This document shows positions 39,916 through 48,600 of a DNA stretch of 57,843 nt, in pieces. Under the pieces are notes generated by a model. It was not told where the DNA came from. It made no database searches and worked only from the letters and a program-made list of their open reading frames with translations. This DNA is from Clostridia bacterium (GTDB taxonomy: Bacteria; Bacillota; Clostridia; UBA1381). Where the stretch lies: assembly GCA_045591565.1 (NCBI GenBank), contig JAZNTB010000080.1:1-57843 (forward strand). The letters run 5' to 3'. Positions within the stretch are counted from its first letter, which is position 1. Each line of letters starts with the position of its first letter. The position numbers and the translations under genes are program-made.

Positions 39916-40197
39916 TTAGCTAATCACATACAGTATAAACAAATCAAGCAACGCTACGCACACACAGAAAAATGCACTTATACGAAATAAGATAAGTTCA
40001 AACTTTGTTCCACATATTTTCTTACATATTCCAAAATTAAGTACGCAACCTAAAAACCCTAAAATCCAGCCCGATATATACCAACCAATATCGCCGACGA
40101 CACCAAAATCGAAACAGATAAAATCTAATAAAGATATAAATTTTACCAAAATAAGTAATGTGATAATCACAGAAACAATCTTGGCTATTATTTTCAA
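39916..40197 (-). CDS. small hydrophobic membrane protein (about 93-97 aa, roughly 3 TM segments); 5' end out of frame with its only good RBS/ATG
   Basis: The hydrophobic ORF starts at a TTG with no RBS. A GGAG-plus-7-nt ATG at 40208-40210 is separated from this frame by an A8 run (T8 on plus, 40200-40207), a one-nucleotide offset. Confidence 0.5.
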   Translation of the reverse strand: MKIIAKIVSVIITLLILVKFISLLDFICFDFGVVGDIGWYISGWILGFLGCVLNFGICKKICGTKFELILFRISAFFCVCVALLDLFILYVIS

Positions 40198-40235
40198 CGT
40201 TTTTTTTCATAACTGCACTCCTTTCCAAGGTTTCT

Positions 40236-40402
40236 CCTTGAGGAGAGGCTCCGTCGCAGGCGGTGTGAGGTGTTGTAGGGTTCGTCGGAAACCGCCGAAC
40301 CGTTATTTTGTACTTGCGGCACATCCTAAAGGCTGTGCCCTACAGCCCACCTCATCCGTCAGCTATCGCTGACATCTTCCCCTCAAGGGGAAGGCCTTTT
40401 TA
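40236..40402. ncRNA. unclassified GC-rich multi-hairpin element (candidate structured leader, antisense RNA or REP-like element)
   Basis: Long-range stem 40266-40272/40348-40354 and 40274-40280/40338-40344 encloses two hairpins. There is an extra hairpin at 40358-40373 and a terminal hairpin at 40376-40393. No credible coding frame. Confidence 0.35.
40376..40401 (+). terminator. plus-strand intrinsic-terminator-like hairpin
   Basis: CTTCCCC-TCAA-GGGGAAG followed by GCC and T5. No plus-strand CDS lies upstream of it. Confidence 0.5.
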
Positions 40403-40466
40403 TCCTTCGTATATCATTTCAATATGATTTGTGGCCAATTTATCTAAATTCAACTTTGTTGAATTC

Positions 40467-40495
40467 ATTGTATCATATTTTTTCACATTTTGCAA
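40467..40495 (-). promoter_or_regulatory. candidate sigma-A promoter reading into the GC-rich element and the islet genes
   Basis: On the minus strand: TTGCAA (40490-40495), a 17-nt spacer, then TACAAT (40467-40472). Confidence 0.5.
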
Positions 40496-40530
40496 ATAAT
40501 AGCTGAAAAACAAAAAAGCGAGGGATACTT

Positions 40531-41202
40531 TTGCAAGAAGAAAACAATGTTCAGGAAAAGGATACTGCGGATATTATTACCACCAAAAATTCACGAGGGT
40601 GCATACGATGCTTAAACATCATTGGCACAATCGAAGGTCACGCAGTACTCGGTCCGCAAACAAAAACAACAAAATACGAGCATGTCCTGCCACAGCTTGT
40701 TGAGGCGGAGGAGGACGATGAGGTTGACGGTCTTTTAATCCTGTTAAACACCGTCGGCGGAGATGTGGAGGCTGGTCTTGCCATTGCAGAAATGATATCA
40801 GGACTTTCAAAGCCCAAGGTTTCTCTGGTCCTTGGCGGCGGTCATTCCATCGGTGTGCCGCTTGCTGTGTCGGCAGATGTTTCCTTTATTGCGCCGTCTG
40901 CCACAATGACAGTGCACCCTATGCGCACAAGCGGTACAGTTATAGGCGTGGAACAGACCTTTGAATATATGAAACGAATGCAGGACAGGATTATTGAATT
41001 TATAGTCCGCCACTCAAAGGTGGAATACGACACTTACAAAAATATGATGCTTACAACCGACCAGATAGCCAATGATGTCGGGACTGTTCTCTTTGGCGAG
41101 AAAGCTGTGGAATGCGGTCTTATCGACAAAACCGGTACTCTTTGCGACGCAATGAATGTCCTTTACGGGCTTATCAAAAGCCGTAAATCCAAAAAAGGCT
41201 GA
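40531..41202 (+). CDS. tepA: ClpP-fold protein TepA (translocation-enhancing protein / Clp-like peptidase)
   Basis: Strong resemblance to B. subtilis TepA (IGQIEGH..PQ.KTTKYEHV.PQ...LNTVGGDVEAGLAIAEM...GGGHSIGVP). TTG start after GAGGGA. Confidence 0.85.
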   Translation: MQEENNVQEKDTADIITTKNSRGCIRCLNIIGTIEGHAVLGPQTKTTKYEHVLPQLVEAEEDDEVDGLLILLNTVGGDVEAGLAIAEMISGLSKPKVSLVLGGGHSIGVPLAVSADVSFIAPSATMTVHPMRTSGTVIGVEQTFEYMKRMQDRIIEFIVRHSKVEYDTYKNMMLTTDQIANDVGTVLFGEKAVECGLIDKTGTLCDAMNVLYGLIKSRKSKKG

Positions 41203-41264
41203 TTGACAATTTTTTTTCAAAGTAGTATAATTGTTACTGAAAATCTTTGGTTTTGGAGGTAACG

Positions 41265-43733
41265 ATGAATCAAAAATTTGATGTTTTGGGTATGTCCTGC
41301 TCGGCATGCTCGTCCAAAATACAAAATAAACTCTGCAAAACCGACGGAGTTACATCCGCCGAGGTAAATCTTCTGACAAATTCAATGACGGTTGATTTTG
41401 ATTCAGGACTATTGGATAATGACAAAATAATTAAAATCGTACAGGCACTCGGCTATGACGCAAAAATCCCCGGCGGAAAAACACAGGAAGCACCAAAGCC
41501 TGCCGAAGAGGAAGTCAAAAGTATGAAGAAAAGGCTTATCCTCTCTTTTGCTTTCCTTCTTCCGCTTATGTATGTTTCAATGGGGTCTATGATAGGGCTT
41601 CCGCTTCCGGCATTTCTGACCGGAGCAGAAAATGCAGTTTCCTTTGCATTTGCCCAGTTCCTTCTGTGTCTGCCTGTACTTTATGTAAACAGGAAATTTT
41701 TTACAGGCGGTTTTGGTTCGCTCTGGCGCCGTTCCCCGAATATGGACAGTCTTATTGCCATAGGCTCAACAGCATCTTTAGCATATGGTATATTTGAAAT
41801 TTTTCGTATGAGCTACGGCTTGGGGGCCGGTGATATGGCGTTGGTACACAAATACCACATGGATTTGTACTTTGAAACAGCTGCAATGATTCCTGCACTT
41901 ATAACGCTCGGTAAATTTCTCGAAACCCTGTCAAAAGGCAGAACAAGCGAGGCAATCAACCGGCTTATGAATCTGTCGCCGAAAAAGGCGCTCGTCATAC
42001 GAGGCGAGGAGGAAATAGAAATTGATGCCCAGGACCTTTCTGTCGGTGATATTATTGCAGTAAAACCCGGTATGACAATTCCTGCTGACGGAAAGATTAT
42101 ATTCGGTACAACCTCTGTCGATGAATCCATGCTGACCGGCGAGAGCATTCCCTGCGAAAAACAGGTGGGTGACAAAGTTACAACCGCCACAGTCAACAAG
42201 TCAGGCTATATACGGTTTACTGCCGAAAAGGTGGGTGAAAACACAGCATTTTACGAAATCATACGGCTCATTGAAGAAGCTTCTGCAAAAAAAGCACCTA
42301 TTTCAAAGCTTGCAGATAAAATTGCAGGGATTTTCGTGCCGACGGTTATGATTATTGCCCTCATAACCTTTGCTGTATGGATGATAAATGGCAGCGCGTT
42401 TGAATCGGCACTGTCCTTTGCAATATGTGTACTTGTCGTTTCCTGTCCATGTGCTCTCGGTCTTGCAACGCCGGTTGCTGTAATGGCCGGCACAGGCAAG
42501 GGTGCAGAAAACGGAATTCTGATTAAATCAGGCGAAGCGCTCGAAACAGCGCACAGCGTGGATATAGTTATTTTAGACAAAACAGGAACTATAACCGAAG
42601 GAAAGCCTGCCGTAACCGATGTTTTTGGCGATGAGTCAGCTCTCCTGCCGATAGCGTATGCACTCGAAAGCGGCAGTGAGCATCCGCTTGCAAAGGCAGT
42701 ATGCGATTACTGTGATAAAAAGGCTGTCAAAAAAGGATATGCTGAAGAATTTGAGGCACTCACCGGTCTTGGCGTAAAGGGAATCATCGACGGCAGCGAA
42801 TGTGCCGGTGGAGGTTACAGATATATAAGCAAAACATGTACACTTTCTCCGGAGTATGAAAAGCTCCATACCGAGCTTTCAAATCAGGGCAAGAGTGTAA
42901 TTTTCTTTACTCGGGGCGGCGAGGTTATAGGCTGCATCGGCATAGCTGACAAAATAAAGGACAGCGCAAAGGGCGCAGTATCCGAGCTTTACCGAATGGG
43001 AATAGATGTTATAATGCTGACGGGCGACAACGAATATGCAGCAGGCGAAACTGCAAAACAGGCAGGAATAAAAACAGTTATTTCAAATGTTCTTCCCGAG
43101 GACAAGGAAAAGAAAATTGCCGAGCTAAAAGCCCAGGGAAAACGAGTTGCCATGGTTGGCGACGGCATAAACGATTCCCCTGCATTAATTGCTGCCGATG
43201 TCGGTATGGCTATAGGCACAGGAACCGATGTCGCGATAGAAAGTGCGGATATTGTGCTTATGCACAGCGATATTTTCTCTGTACCAAACGCAATAAAGCT
43301 CTCAAAGGCTGTAGTTAAAAACATAAAAGAAAACCTCTTTTGGGCGTTCTTTTATAATTCAATAGGAATACCTGTCGCAGCAGGCGTATTCTTCCATTCC
43401 TTTAGCTTAAAGCTTAGTCCGATGTTAGGTGCTCTCGCGATGAGTCTTTCAAGCGTTTGCGTTGTAAGTAATGCGCTAAGGCTCAAGCTGTTAAAACTCA
43501 CAGAAAATAAAGCAAATGAAACCAAGGAGGAAAACAAAATGAAAAAGGTAATAATTGACGGTATGATGTGTATGCATTGTGTAGGCAGCGTAAAGAAAGC
43601 GCTTGCTGAAGGCGGCATTGAAGCAAATGTAGTACTTGAGGAAAACTGTGCTTACATAGAGGACAGCGCAGATAACGAACAGGTAAAAAGCATCATTGAA
43701 AATGCCGGATATACTGTGGTTAGTATAAACTAA
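41265..43733 (+). CDS. copA: copper-translocating P1B-type ATPase with N- and C-terminal HMA domains
   Basis: N-terminal GMSCSAC, TM CPC motif (VSCPCALG), [15 protein letters not shown], and a C-terminal HMA (GMMCMHC). ATG 41265-41267 follows GGAGG. Confidence 0.93.
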   Translation: MNQKFDVLGMSCSACSSKIQNKLCKTDGVTSAEVNLLTNSMTVDFDSGLLDNDKIIKIVQALGYDAKIPGGKTQEAPKPAEEEVKSMKKRLILSFAFLLPLMYVSMGSMIGLPLPAFLTGAENAVSFAFAQFLLCLPVLYVNRKFFTGGFGSLWRRSPNMDSLIAIGSTASLAYGIFEIFRMSYGLGAGDMALVHKYHMDLYFETAAMIPALITLGKFLETLSKGRTSEAINRLMNLSPKKALVIRGEEEIEIDAQDLSVGDIIAVKPGMTIPADGKIIFGTTSVDESMLTGESIPCEKQVGDKVTTATVNKSGYIRFTAEKVGENTAFYEIIRLIEEASAKKAPISKLADKIAGIFVPTVMIIALITFAVWMINGSAFESALSFAICVLVVSCPCALGLATPVAVMAGTGKGAENGILIKSGEALETAHSVDIVILDKTGTITEGKPAVTDVFGDESALLPIAYALESGSEHPLAKAVCDYCDKKAVKKGYAEEFEALTGLGVKGIIDGSECAGGGYRYISKTCTLSPEYEKLHTELSNQGKSVIFFTRGGEVIGCIGIADKIKDSAKGAVSELYRMGIDVIMLTGDNEYAAGETAKQAGIKTVISNVLPEDKEKKIAELKAQGKRVAMVGDGINDSPALIAADVGMAIGTGTDVAIESADIVLMHSDIFSVPNAIKLSKAVVKNIKENLFWAFFYNSIGIPVAAGVFFHSFSLKLSPMLGALAMSLSSVCVVSNALRLKLLKLTENKANETKEENKMKKVIIDGMMCMHCVGSVKKALAEGGIEANVVLEENCAYIEDSADNEQVKSIIENAGYTVVSIN

Positions 43734-43740
43734 GTCTTAT

Positions 43741-43930
43741 ATAAAAAAGCTTCTGATAGAAGCCCCGCCTGCGGGCGTAGGATTTTGGTAGCAGTTTTGT
43801 TATTCCGTCATTGCTAAGCGCAATTTCCTGCATAATAAAAAAGCTTCTGATAGAAGCCCCGCCTGCGGGCGTAGGATTTTGGTTTTGTTATTCCGTCATT
43901 GCTAAACGCAATTTCCTGCATAATAAAAAA
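43741..43930. repeat. tandem direct duplication (94 nt + 88 nt + first 8 nt of a third unit)
   Basis: Unit 1 is 43741-43834 and unit 2 is 43835-43922. They are identical except for a 6-nt indel (TAGCAG) and one G/A substitution. Each unit carries a GCTTCT-GAT-AGAAGC hairpin and a GC-rich CGCC/GGCG hairpin. Confidence 0.9.
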
Positions 43931-43958
43931 CGAGCACCTATGCGGTGTTCGTTTTTTT
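43925..43958. terminator. bidirectional terminator between copA and the convergent lipoprotein gene
   Basis: A6, ACGAGCACC / GGTGTTCGT stem, then T7. Confidence 0.75.
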
Positions 43959-43966
43959 ATTTATTC

Positions 43967-44170
43967 TTATTCCGTAACCTCTGCACTCGCTGTCGGCTGA
44001 GGACTTTCTGTCATCTCAGGAGCATCTGTTTTTTGAATCTCGGTCTGTCCCGAGGTTTCAGTGTTCTGCTCCGGAGCGTCCTTAGGCGATTCTCCACAGG
44101 ATGCAAGAATTCCTGTTCCGATACCGGCAGCAAGCACAAGTGAAGCAAATTTGATAAATGACTTTTTCAT
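43967..44170 (-). CDS. small secreted lipoprotein (67 aa)
   Basis: Signal peptide with lipobox LASC, followed by an acidic, low-complexity mature part. RBS GGAGG upstream. Confidence 0.6.
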   Translation of the reverse strand: MKKSFIKFASLVLAAGIGTGILASCGESPKDAPEQNTETSGQTEIQKTDAPEMTESPQPTASAEVTE

Positions 44171-44264
44171 AATATTCCCCTCCTAAACTTTTAGAAACAA
44201 AAGCGTTTCTAAACAAATATATGATACGCTCTTTCGTTTCATTCATTTGAGGAGAGATTATTTT

Positions 44265-44996
44265 TTAAAGAACCTTACCCAAAAATTCCTTTGTTCTCTC
44301 ATTCTGCGGGTTCCCAAAGATTTCATCAGGAGTTCCCTGCTCGGTTATTATGCCGTCGTCCATAAAGAGAACCCTGTTTGCCACCTCGCGTGCAAAGCCC
44401 ATTTCGTGAGTCACCACAACCATGGTCATACCGTCTGCTGCGAGGTCCTTCATAACATCCAAAACCTCGCCGACCATTTCTGGGTCAAGGGCGCTTGTCG
44501 GCTCGTCAAACAGCATAACCTCAGGCTTCATACAAAGAGCACGAACTATCGCAATTCTCTGCTTCTGTCCGCCTGAAAGCTGTGCAGGATAGCTTGATGC
44601 ACGGTCTTTAAGACCCACCATATCAAGAAGTCTTAAGGCTTCTGCCTCAGCCTCCTCCTTAGTCATCTTTTTAAGCTTTATCGGTGCCAGCGTAATGTTT
44701 TGAAGAACCGTCAAATGCGGAAACAGATTGAAGTGCTGGAACACCATTCCGATGTTCTGTCTTACTTCATTAATGTTTACCTTAGGGTCGGTTATTTCCT
44801 TATCCTCAAAAAATACCTTTCCGCCCGTCGGCTGCTCCATAAGGTTAAGACATCTTAAAAATGTACTCTTTCCCGAGCCAGACGGCCCGATGATAACCAC
44901 ACGCTCTCCCTTTTTAATGGTTTCGGTTATTCCCTTTAAAACATGGATTTCGTTATGAGCGCCGAAGCTTTTTTCAATATTCTCAACTCTTATCAC
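44265..44996 (-). CDS. polar amino-acid ABC transporter ATP-binding protein
   Basis: Walker [10 protein letters not shown], signature LSGGQKQR, Walker [11 protein letters not shown]. Confidence 0.93.
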   Translation of the reverse strand: MIRVENIEKSFGAHNEIHVLKGITETIKKGERVVIIGPSGSGKSTFLRCLNLMEQPTGGKVFFEDKEITDPKVNINEVRQNIGMVFQHFNLFPHLTVLQNITLAPIKLKKMTKEEAEAEALRLLDMVGLKDRASSYPAQLSGGQKQRIAIVRALCMKPEVMLFDEPTSALDPEMVGEVLDVMKDLAADGMTMVVVTHEMGFAREVANRVLFMDDGIITEQGTPDEIFGNPQNERTKEFLGKVL

Positions 44997-45726
44997 TCTT
45001 TCGCAGCCTCCTTTCCATTAACGACAAAAGCTTAGTCAGGATTATAACAATCGTTAAGTAGACAATCGCTGTCAATAAAATTGGATTTATTGAGTCGTAT
45101 GTAGTATTTTTAATCTGATTTGCAGCCTTTGTGAGGTCGGTAACGGCAACATAACCTGCAACCGAGGTTTCCTTTAAAAGCGCAATCATTTCGTTTCCTA
45201 TTGCCGGCAGAACATTTTTAAACGCCTGCGGAAGAATGATTTCCTTCATTGTCTGGATTCTGGAAAGTCCCAGCGAACGCCCTGCTTCCATTTGTCCCTT
45301 ATCTATCGCCATAATTCCGGAACGGATAACCTCAGCAACATAAGCACCCGAATTTACACCAAAGGTGATTATTGCAACCCAAGTTCCGTCCTTTGCCCAT
45401 ACAAAGATTATAAAGAAGAAAATCAAAAGCTGAACCACTACAGGTGTTCCTCTTATGATTGTCAAATATATATTACAAATAAAGTCAAGCGGTTTGAGCT
45501 TTTTATTTCCGTCGGCAAACACCTTAATTATTGCAATAACCGTACCGATTATAACACCTATTACCAAAGCACCAAGGGTGATAATCAATGTTTTTTCAAG
45601 ACCGTTTATAAGAGTTATGTATCTATCCTCCACGATAAAGGTGCGGTACAGTCTGTCAAGCCAGGTGTTAAACCCATCCGTGATATTCATTTGAAGCTCA
45701 TAAAACCAGTTCCAAAGCCACTCCAT
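44983..45726 (-). CDS. polar amino-acid ABC transporter permease (HisM/GlnP type)
   Basis: EAA-like loop ([22 protein letters not shown]) and multiple TM segments. Start placed at ATG 45724-45726. Confidence 0.88.
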   Translation of the reverse strand: MEWLWNWFYELQMNITDGFNTWLDRLYRTFIVEDRYITLINGLEKTLIITLGALVIGVIIGTVIAIIKVFADGNKKLKPLDFICNIYLTIIRGTPVVVQLLIFFFIIFVWAKDGTWVAIITFGVNSGAYVAEVIRSGIMAIDKGQMEAGRSLGLSRIQTMKEIILPQAFKNVLPAIGNEMIALLKETSVAGYVAVTDLTKAANQIKNTTYDSINPILLTAIVYLTIVIILTKLLSLMERRLRKSDKS

Positions 45727-45802
45727 AAAGCATATCCCTTTCATTCTATAACTAACAAAAGCGATACAGACACCGCCGTATCGCTTTTATCGTTTTCCTT
45801 AA

Positions 45803-46555
45803 TTATTCAGCGTCAAATGTTAAGTCGTATTTTTCAAAAATCTGAGCAAGTGTACCGTCTTCCTTTAAAGCAGCGATAGCCTTGTTGATTTCTTCTGTAA
45901 GCTCGTCGTTGCCAAGCTTTAATGCGATTGCATAGCTTTCCTCTGTCAAAGCCTCGTCAAGAACAACTGTTTTGCCGTTCTGCTCAGCTGAAAGTGCCTT
46001 TGCAACTGCGTTGTCGATAACAACTGCATCAACCTTACCTGTTGTTAAAGCAGTGATAGCTTCAGAGCCTGTCTTGAAAGACTGGATTTCATATTCGTTA
46101 TCAAGCAGGTACTGCTCGCCTGTTGTTCCTTCCTGACATGATACCACCTTGCCTTCAAGGTCAGCAGCAGCCTTGATTTCGCTGCCCTCGTTAACGATAA
46201 TTGACTGAGAAGCCTTGAAATAGTCGTCAGAGAAGTTCATACTCTGTCTTCTCTCGTCATTTGCTGTGATACCTGCAACAGCCATATCATACTTGCCTGT
46301 TGCTGCACCGGTCAGAGCTGCATCAAAGTCAATGTTTGTGATTTCAAGTTCGTATCCTAAGTACTCTGCGATTGCCTTTGCCATATCAACATCGGCACCT
46401 ACGATTGTTTCGCCCTCTAAGTACTCAAACGGTGGGAATTCGGCATTTGTTGCCATTGTTAATGTTCCCTCTGTCTTACCTCCGCATGAAGCAAGTGTTA
46501 AAACAGATGCTGCTGCGATTACTGTCGCCATAATTTTTAAAATATTCTTTTTCAT
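45803..46555 (-). CDS. polar amino-acid ABC transporter substrate-binding lipoprotein
   Basis: Lipobox LASC and an SBP_bac_3-like sequence. GGAGG RBS. Confidence 0.9.
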   Translation of the reverse strand: MKKNILKIMATVIAAASVLTLASCGGKTEGTLTMATNAEFPPFEYLEGETIVGADVDMAKAIAEYLGYELEITNIDFDAALTGAATGKYDMAVAGITANDERRQSMNFSDDYFKASQSIIVNEGSEIKAAADLEGKVVSCQEGTTGEQYLLDNEYEIQSFKTGSEAITALTTGKVDAVVIDNAVAKALSAEQNGKTVVLDEALTEESYAIALKLGNDELTEEINKAIAALKEDGTLAQIFEKYDLTFDAE

Positions 46556-46592
46556 ATTAGTTTCCTCCTAAAATGATATTGGTAATAATAGC

Positions 46593-46621
46593 ATTATATC
46601 AAATAATTCATAAATATGCAA
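46593..46621 (-). promoter_or_regulatory. sigma-A promoter of the amino-acid ABC operon
   Basis: On the minus strand: TTGCAT (46616-46621), a 17-nt spacer, then TATAAT (46593-46598). Confidence 0.7.
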
Positions 46622-46679
46622 GCACTTTTCTTTAAAATGCACCTTTTTTTAAAATATTTGCATATTTATGCGATATTTT

Positions 46680-48020
46680 TTATTTTCCCACACAAAAATT
46701 ATGGAAAATTTCCGAAACGATATCCTCCGACACCGTATCCCCCGTAATTTCACCGAGGAAGTCAATCGCCTCATATATATCAAGCGCACACAAATCCTGC
46801 GGAAGTCCCTGCGACATTGCAAGAAGCGCGCGGTCCAAGGACTCTTCTGCCTTGGCAAGTGCTGATACATGGCGCAGGTTTGTGACTATCGCACCCTCAT
46901 TACCGCCCGAAATACCAAGGTCGTAAATACTCTTTATCCGGTCTGCCAAAATTTCCATACCCTCGCCGGTTTTAGCTGAAACTTCAATTGCTTCGTCAAA
47001 GCTTTCTGCCTTGATGTCTGCCTTGTTTGAAACAATTATTCTTCTTTTATCCTTTGTAAGTTCAAACAGGAGTTCATCCTCGCAGTCCTGCTTTCTGCTT
47101 GAGTCCAGCATCAGGATAACAAGCTCGGCTTCTTCTATCGCTCTTTTTGAGCGTTCAACTCCTATTTTTTCTACAGTATCCTCGGTTTCTCTTATGCCCG
47201 CCGTATCTAAAAGTCTTAGTGGTACACCGCCGAAATTCACAAACTCCTCAATCACATCACGGGTTGTGCCTGCAATATCGGTAACTATTGCTCGTTCCTC
47301 TCGTGCAAGGCAGTTCATAAGCGATGACTTTCCGACATTCGGCTTTCCGACAATAGCTGTCTTTATGCCTTCTTTCAGGATTTTTCCGCTGTCTGCGGTT
47401 TTTATAAGCTTTCTTACCGATAAAAGCGAATTGTCAAGTGTATTTTTAATATCTTCAGGAGTTATATCCTCAAGATCCTCATCCGGATAATCTATCGCCA
47501 CCTGCATAAGTGCTGCAAGATGCACAAGCCTTGAGCGGATATCGTTAATTTCTTTCGAAAGTCCTCCCTCTGCCTGTGAAAGCGCATTTTTTCGTTCGAT
47601 TGCGGTTTTTGCATTGATGATATCAATTACACCCTCGGCCTGAGAAAGGTCAATTCGTCCATTCAGAAACGCGCGCTTGGTAAATTCGCCCGGCTCAGCA
47701 GGGAAAACCCCCGTCTTCACAAGTGCTTCCATAACACTTTTTGATGCACTCATTCCGCCGTGTGTGCTTATTTCCACGATATCCTCGCGTGTATATGTTC
47801 TGGGCGCCCTCATAACCGTCACCAAAACCTCATCGATGTCATTTTCTCCGTCGGTAATATGCCCGTAGTGAACAGTATGTGAGGCGGCAGCTGCGAGTTT
47901 TTGTGTTCCTCTGAAAATTCTGTCAGCCGCACTGATTGCATCCGCTCCGCTGATGCGTATAACTGCAATTCCACCTGTGCCCTGCGGTGTCGAAACAGCT
48001 GCTATCGTTCTCTCCTGCAT
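46680..48020 (-). CDS. mnmE: tRNA uridine-5-carboxymethylaminomethyl(34) synthesis GTPase MnmE
   Basis: N-terminal IAAVSTP..GGIAVIRISG, G-domain GKPNVGKSS, and the C-terminal CVGK tetrapeptide. Confidence 0.94.
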   Translation of the reverse strand: MQERTIAAVSTPQGTGGIAVIRISGADAISAADRIFRGTQKLAAAASHTVHYGHITDGENDIDEVLVTVMRAPRTYTREDIVEISTHGGMSASKSVMEALVKTGVFPAEPGEFTKRAFLNGRIDLSQAEGVIDIINAKTAIERKNALSQAEGGLSKEINDIRSRLVHLAALMQVAIDYPDEDLEDITPEDIKNTLDNSLLSVRKLIKTADSGKILKEGIKTAIVGKPNVGKSSLMNCLAREERAIVTDIAGTTRDVIEEFVNFGGVPLRLLDTAGIRETEDTVEKIGVERSKRAIEEAELVILMLDSSRKQDCEDELLFELTKDKRRIIVSNKADIKAESFDEAIEVSAKTGEGMEILADRIKSIYDLGISGGNEGAIVTNLRHVSALAKAEESLDRALLAMSQGLPQDLCALDIYEAIDFLGEITGDTVSEDIVSEIFHNFCVGK

Positions 48021-48021
48021 A

Positions 48022-48477
48022 TTATTTCTCCTTCAAAAGCTCCTGAAGCGCTGTCATAAACGAGTGTATGTCCGAAAAATGCTTGTGTACAGACGCAAAC
48101 CTTACATATGCGACTTCATCAAGCTCTTTTAAGTGGTTCATCACCCTCTCACCGATTTCAGTTGATGTGACCTCCCGTGTCATAAGCTGATAAAGCTCGC
48201 TCTCAATCTCGTCAACAATCCTTTCCATCTGGGCATAGGTAATAGGACGCTTTTCACATGCTCTTATAAGACCTCTTATAACCTTTTCACGGTCATATGG
48301 CTGGCGAGAATGGTCCTGCTTTACTACTATAAGAGAAATGGTTTCCAGCTTTTCATAAGTGGTAAAGCGTTTCTGGCATTTCAGGCACTCTCTGCGCCTT
48401 CTTATTGAACTTCCGTCTTCAGTAGGGCGGGAATCTATTACTTTACTTTCAGAAAATCCGCAATATGGACATTTCAT
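48022..48477 (-). CDS. nrdR: transcriptional repressor NrdR
   Basis: Zinc ribbon MKCPYC...CLKC plus an ATP-cone. Confidence 0.94.
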   Translation of the reverse strand: MKCPYCGFSESKVIDSRPTEDGSSIRRRRECLKCQKRFTTYEKLETISLIVVKQDHSRQPYDREKVIRGLIRACEKRPITYAQMERIVDEIESELYQLMTREVTSTEIGERVMNHLKELDEVAYVRFASVHKHFSDIHSFMTALQELLKEK

Positions 48478-48500
48478 AAGATTTATCCTCCGTTTTCATT

Positions 48501-48529
48501 TATATCTTTTATTATACCGCATTTTCCGA
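48501..48529 (-). promoter_or_regulatory. sigma-A promoter for nrdR-mnmE
   Basis: On the minus strand: TTGCAA (48524-48529), a 17-nt spacer, then TATAAT (48501-48506). Confidence 0.7.
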
Positions 48530-48571
48530 ATTTTTGCAAGCACAAAACCGTAATCTCTCCCGGCTTGCTTT

Positions 48572-48600
48572 GAAAAACAAAAGACGCCCCGAAGGGCGTT
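48572..48600 (-). terminator. terminator of the kdu transcription unit
   Basis: On the minus strand: ACGCCC-TTCG-GGGCGT followed by CTTTTGTTTTT. Confidence 0.75.

Noticed and set aside
40037-40372. ORFs 40037..40324 (-) and 40160..40372 (+) across the GC-rich element.
   Set aside because: Their sequence is dominated by R/P/C/G from the hairpin arms, with no RBS at the annotated starts. The region is better explained as structured non-coding DNA or RNA. Only the ATG at 40210 has an RBS, and it is discussed as a frameshifted start.
40355-40375. A hammerhead-like CUGA.GA string on the minus strand of the GC-rich element.
   Set aside because: The sequence is CTGACGGATGAG, not CUGANGA, and no matching GAAA / helix III arrangement could be built.
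40236-40402. Assignment of the GC-rich element to a known riboswitch class (TPP, SAM, B12, glycine, ZTP, fluoride, guanidine, c-di-GMP/AMP, T-box).
   Set aside because: None of the signature strings I remember is present (CUGAGA, the B12 box, GGAGAG..CACCGAAGGGGCAA, the T-box AAnnnGGGUGGUACCGCG, ACGR loops, etc.). The partial CCGCCUGCGAC resemblance to the ZTP 3' box is insufficient.
43741-43930. The tandem repeat as a CRISPR array.
   Set aside because: There are only two contiguous units with no intervening unique spacers, the unit length (about 90 nt) is far too long, and no cas genes are present.
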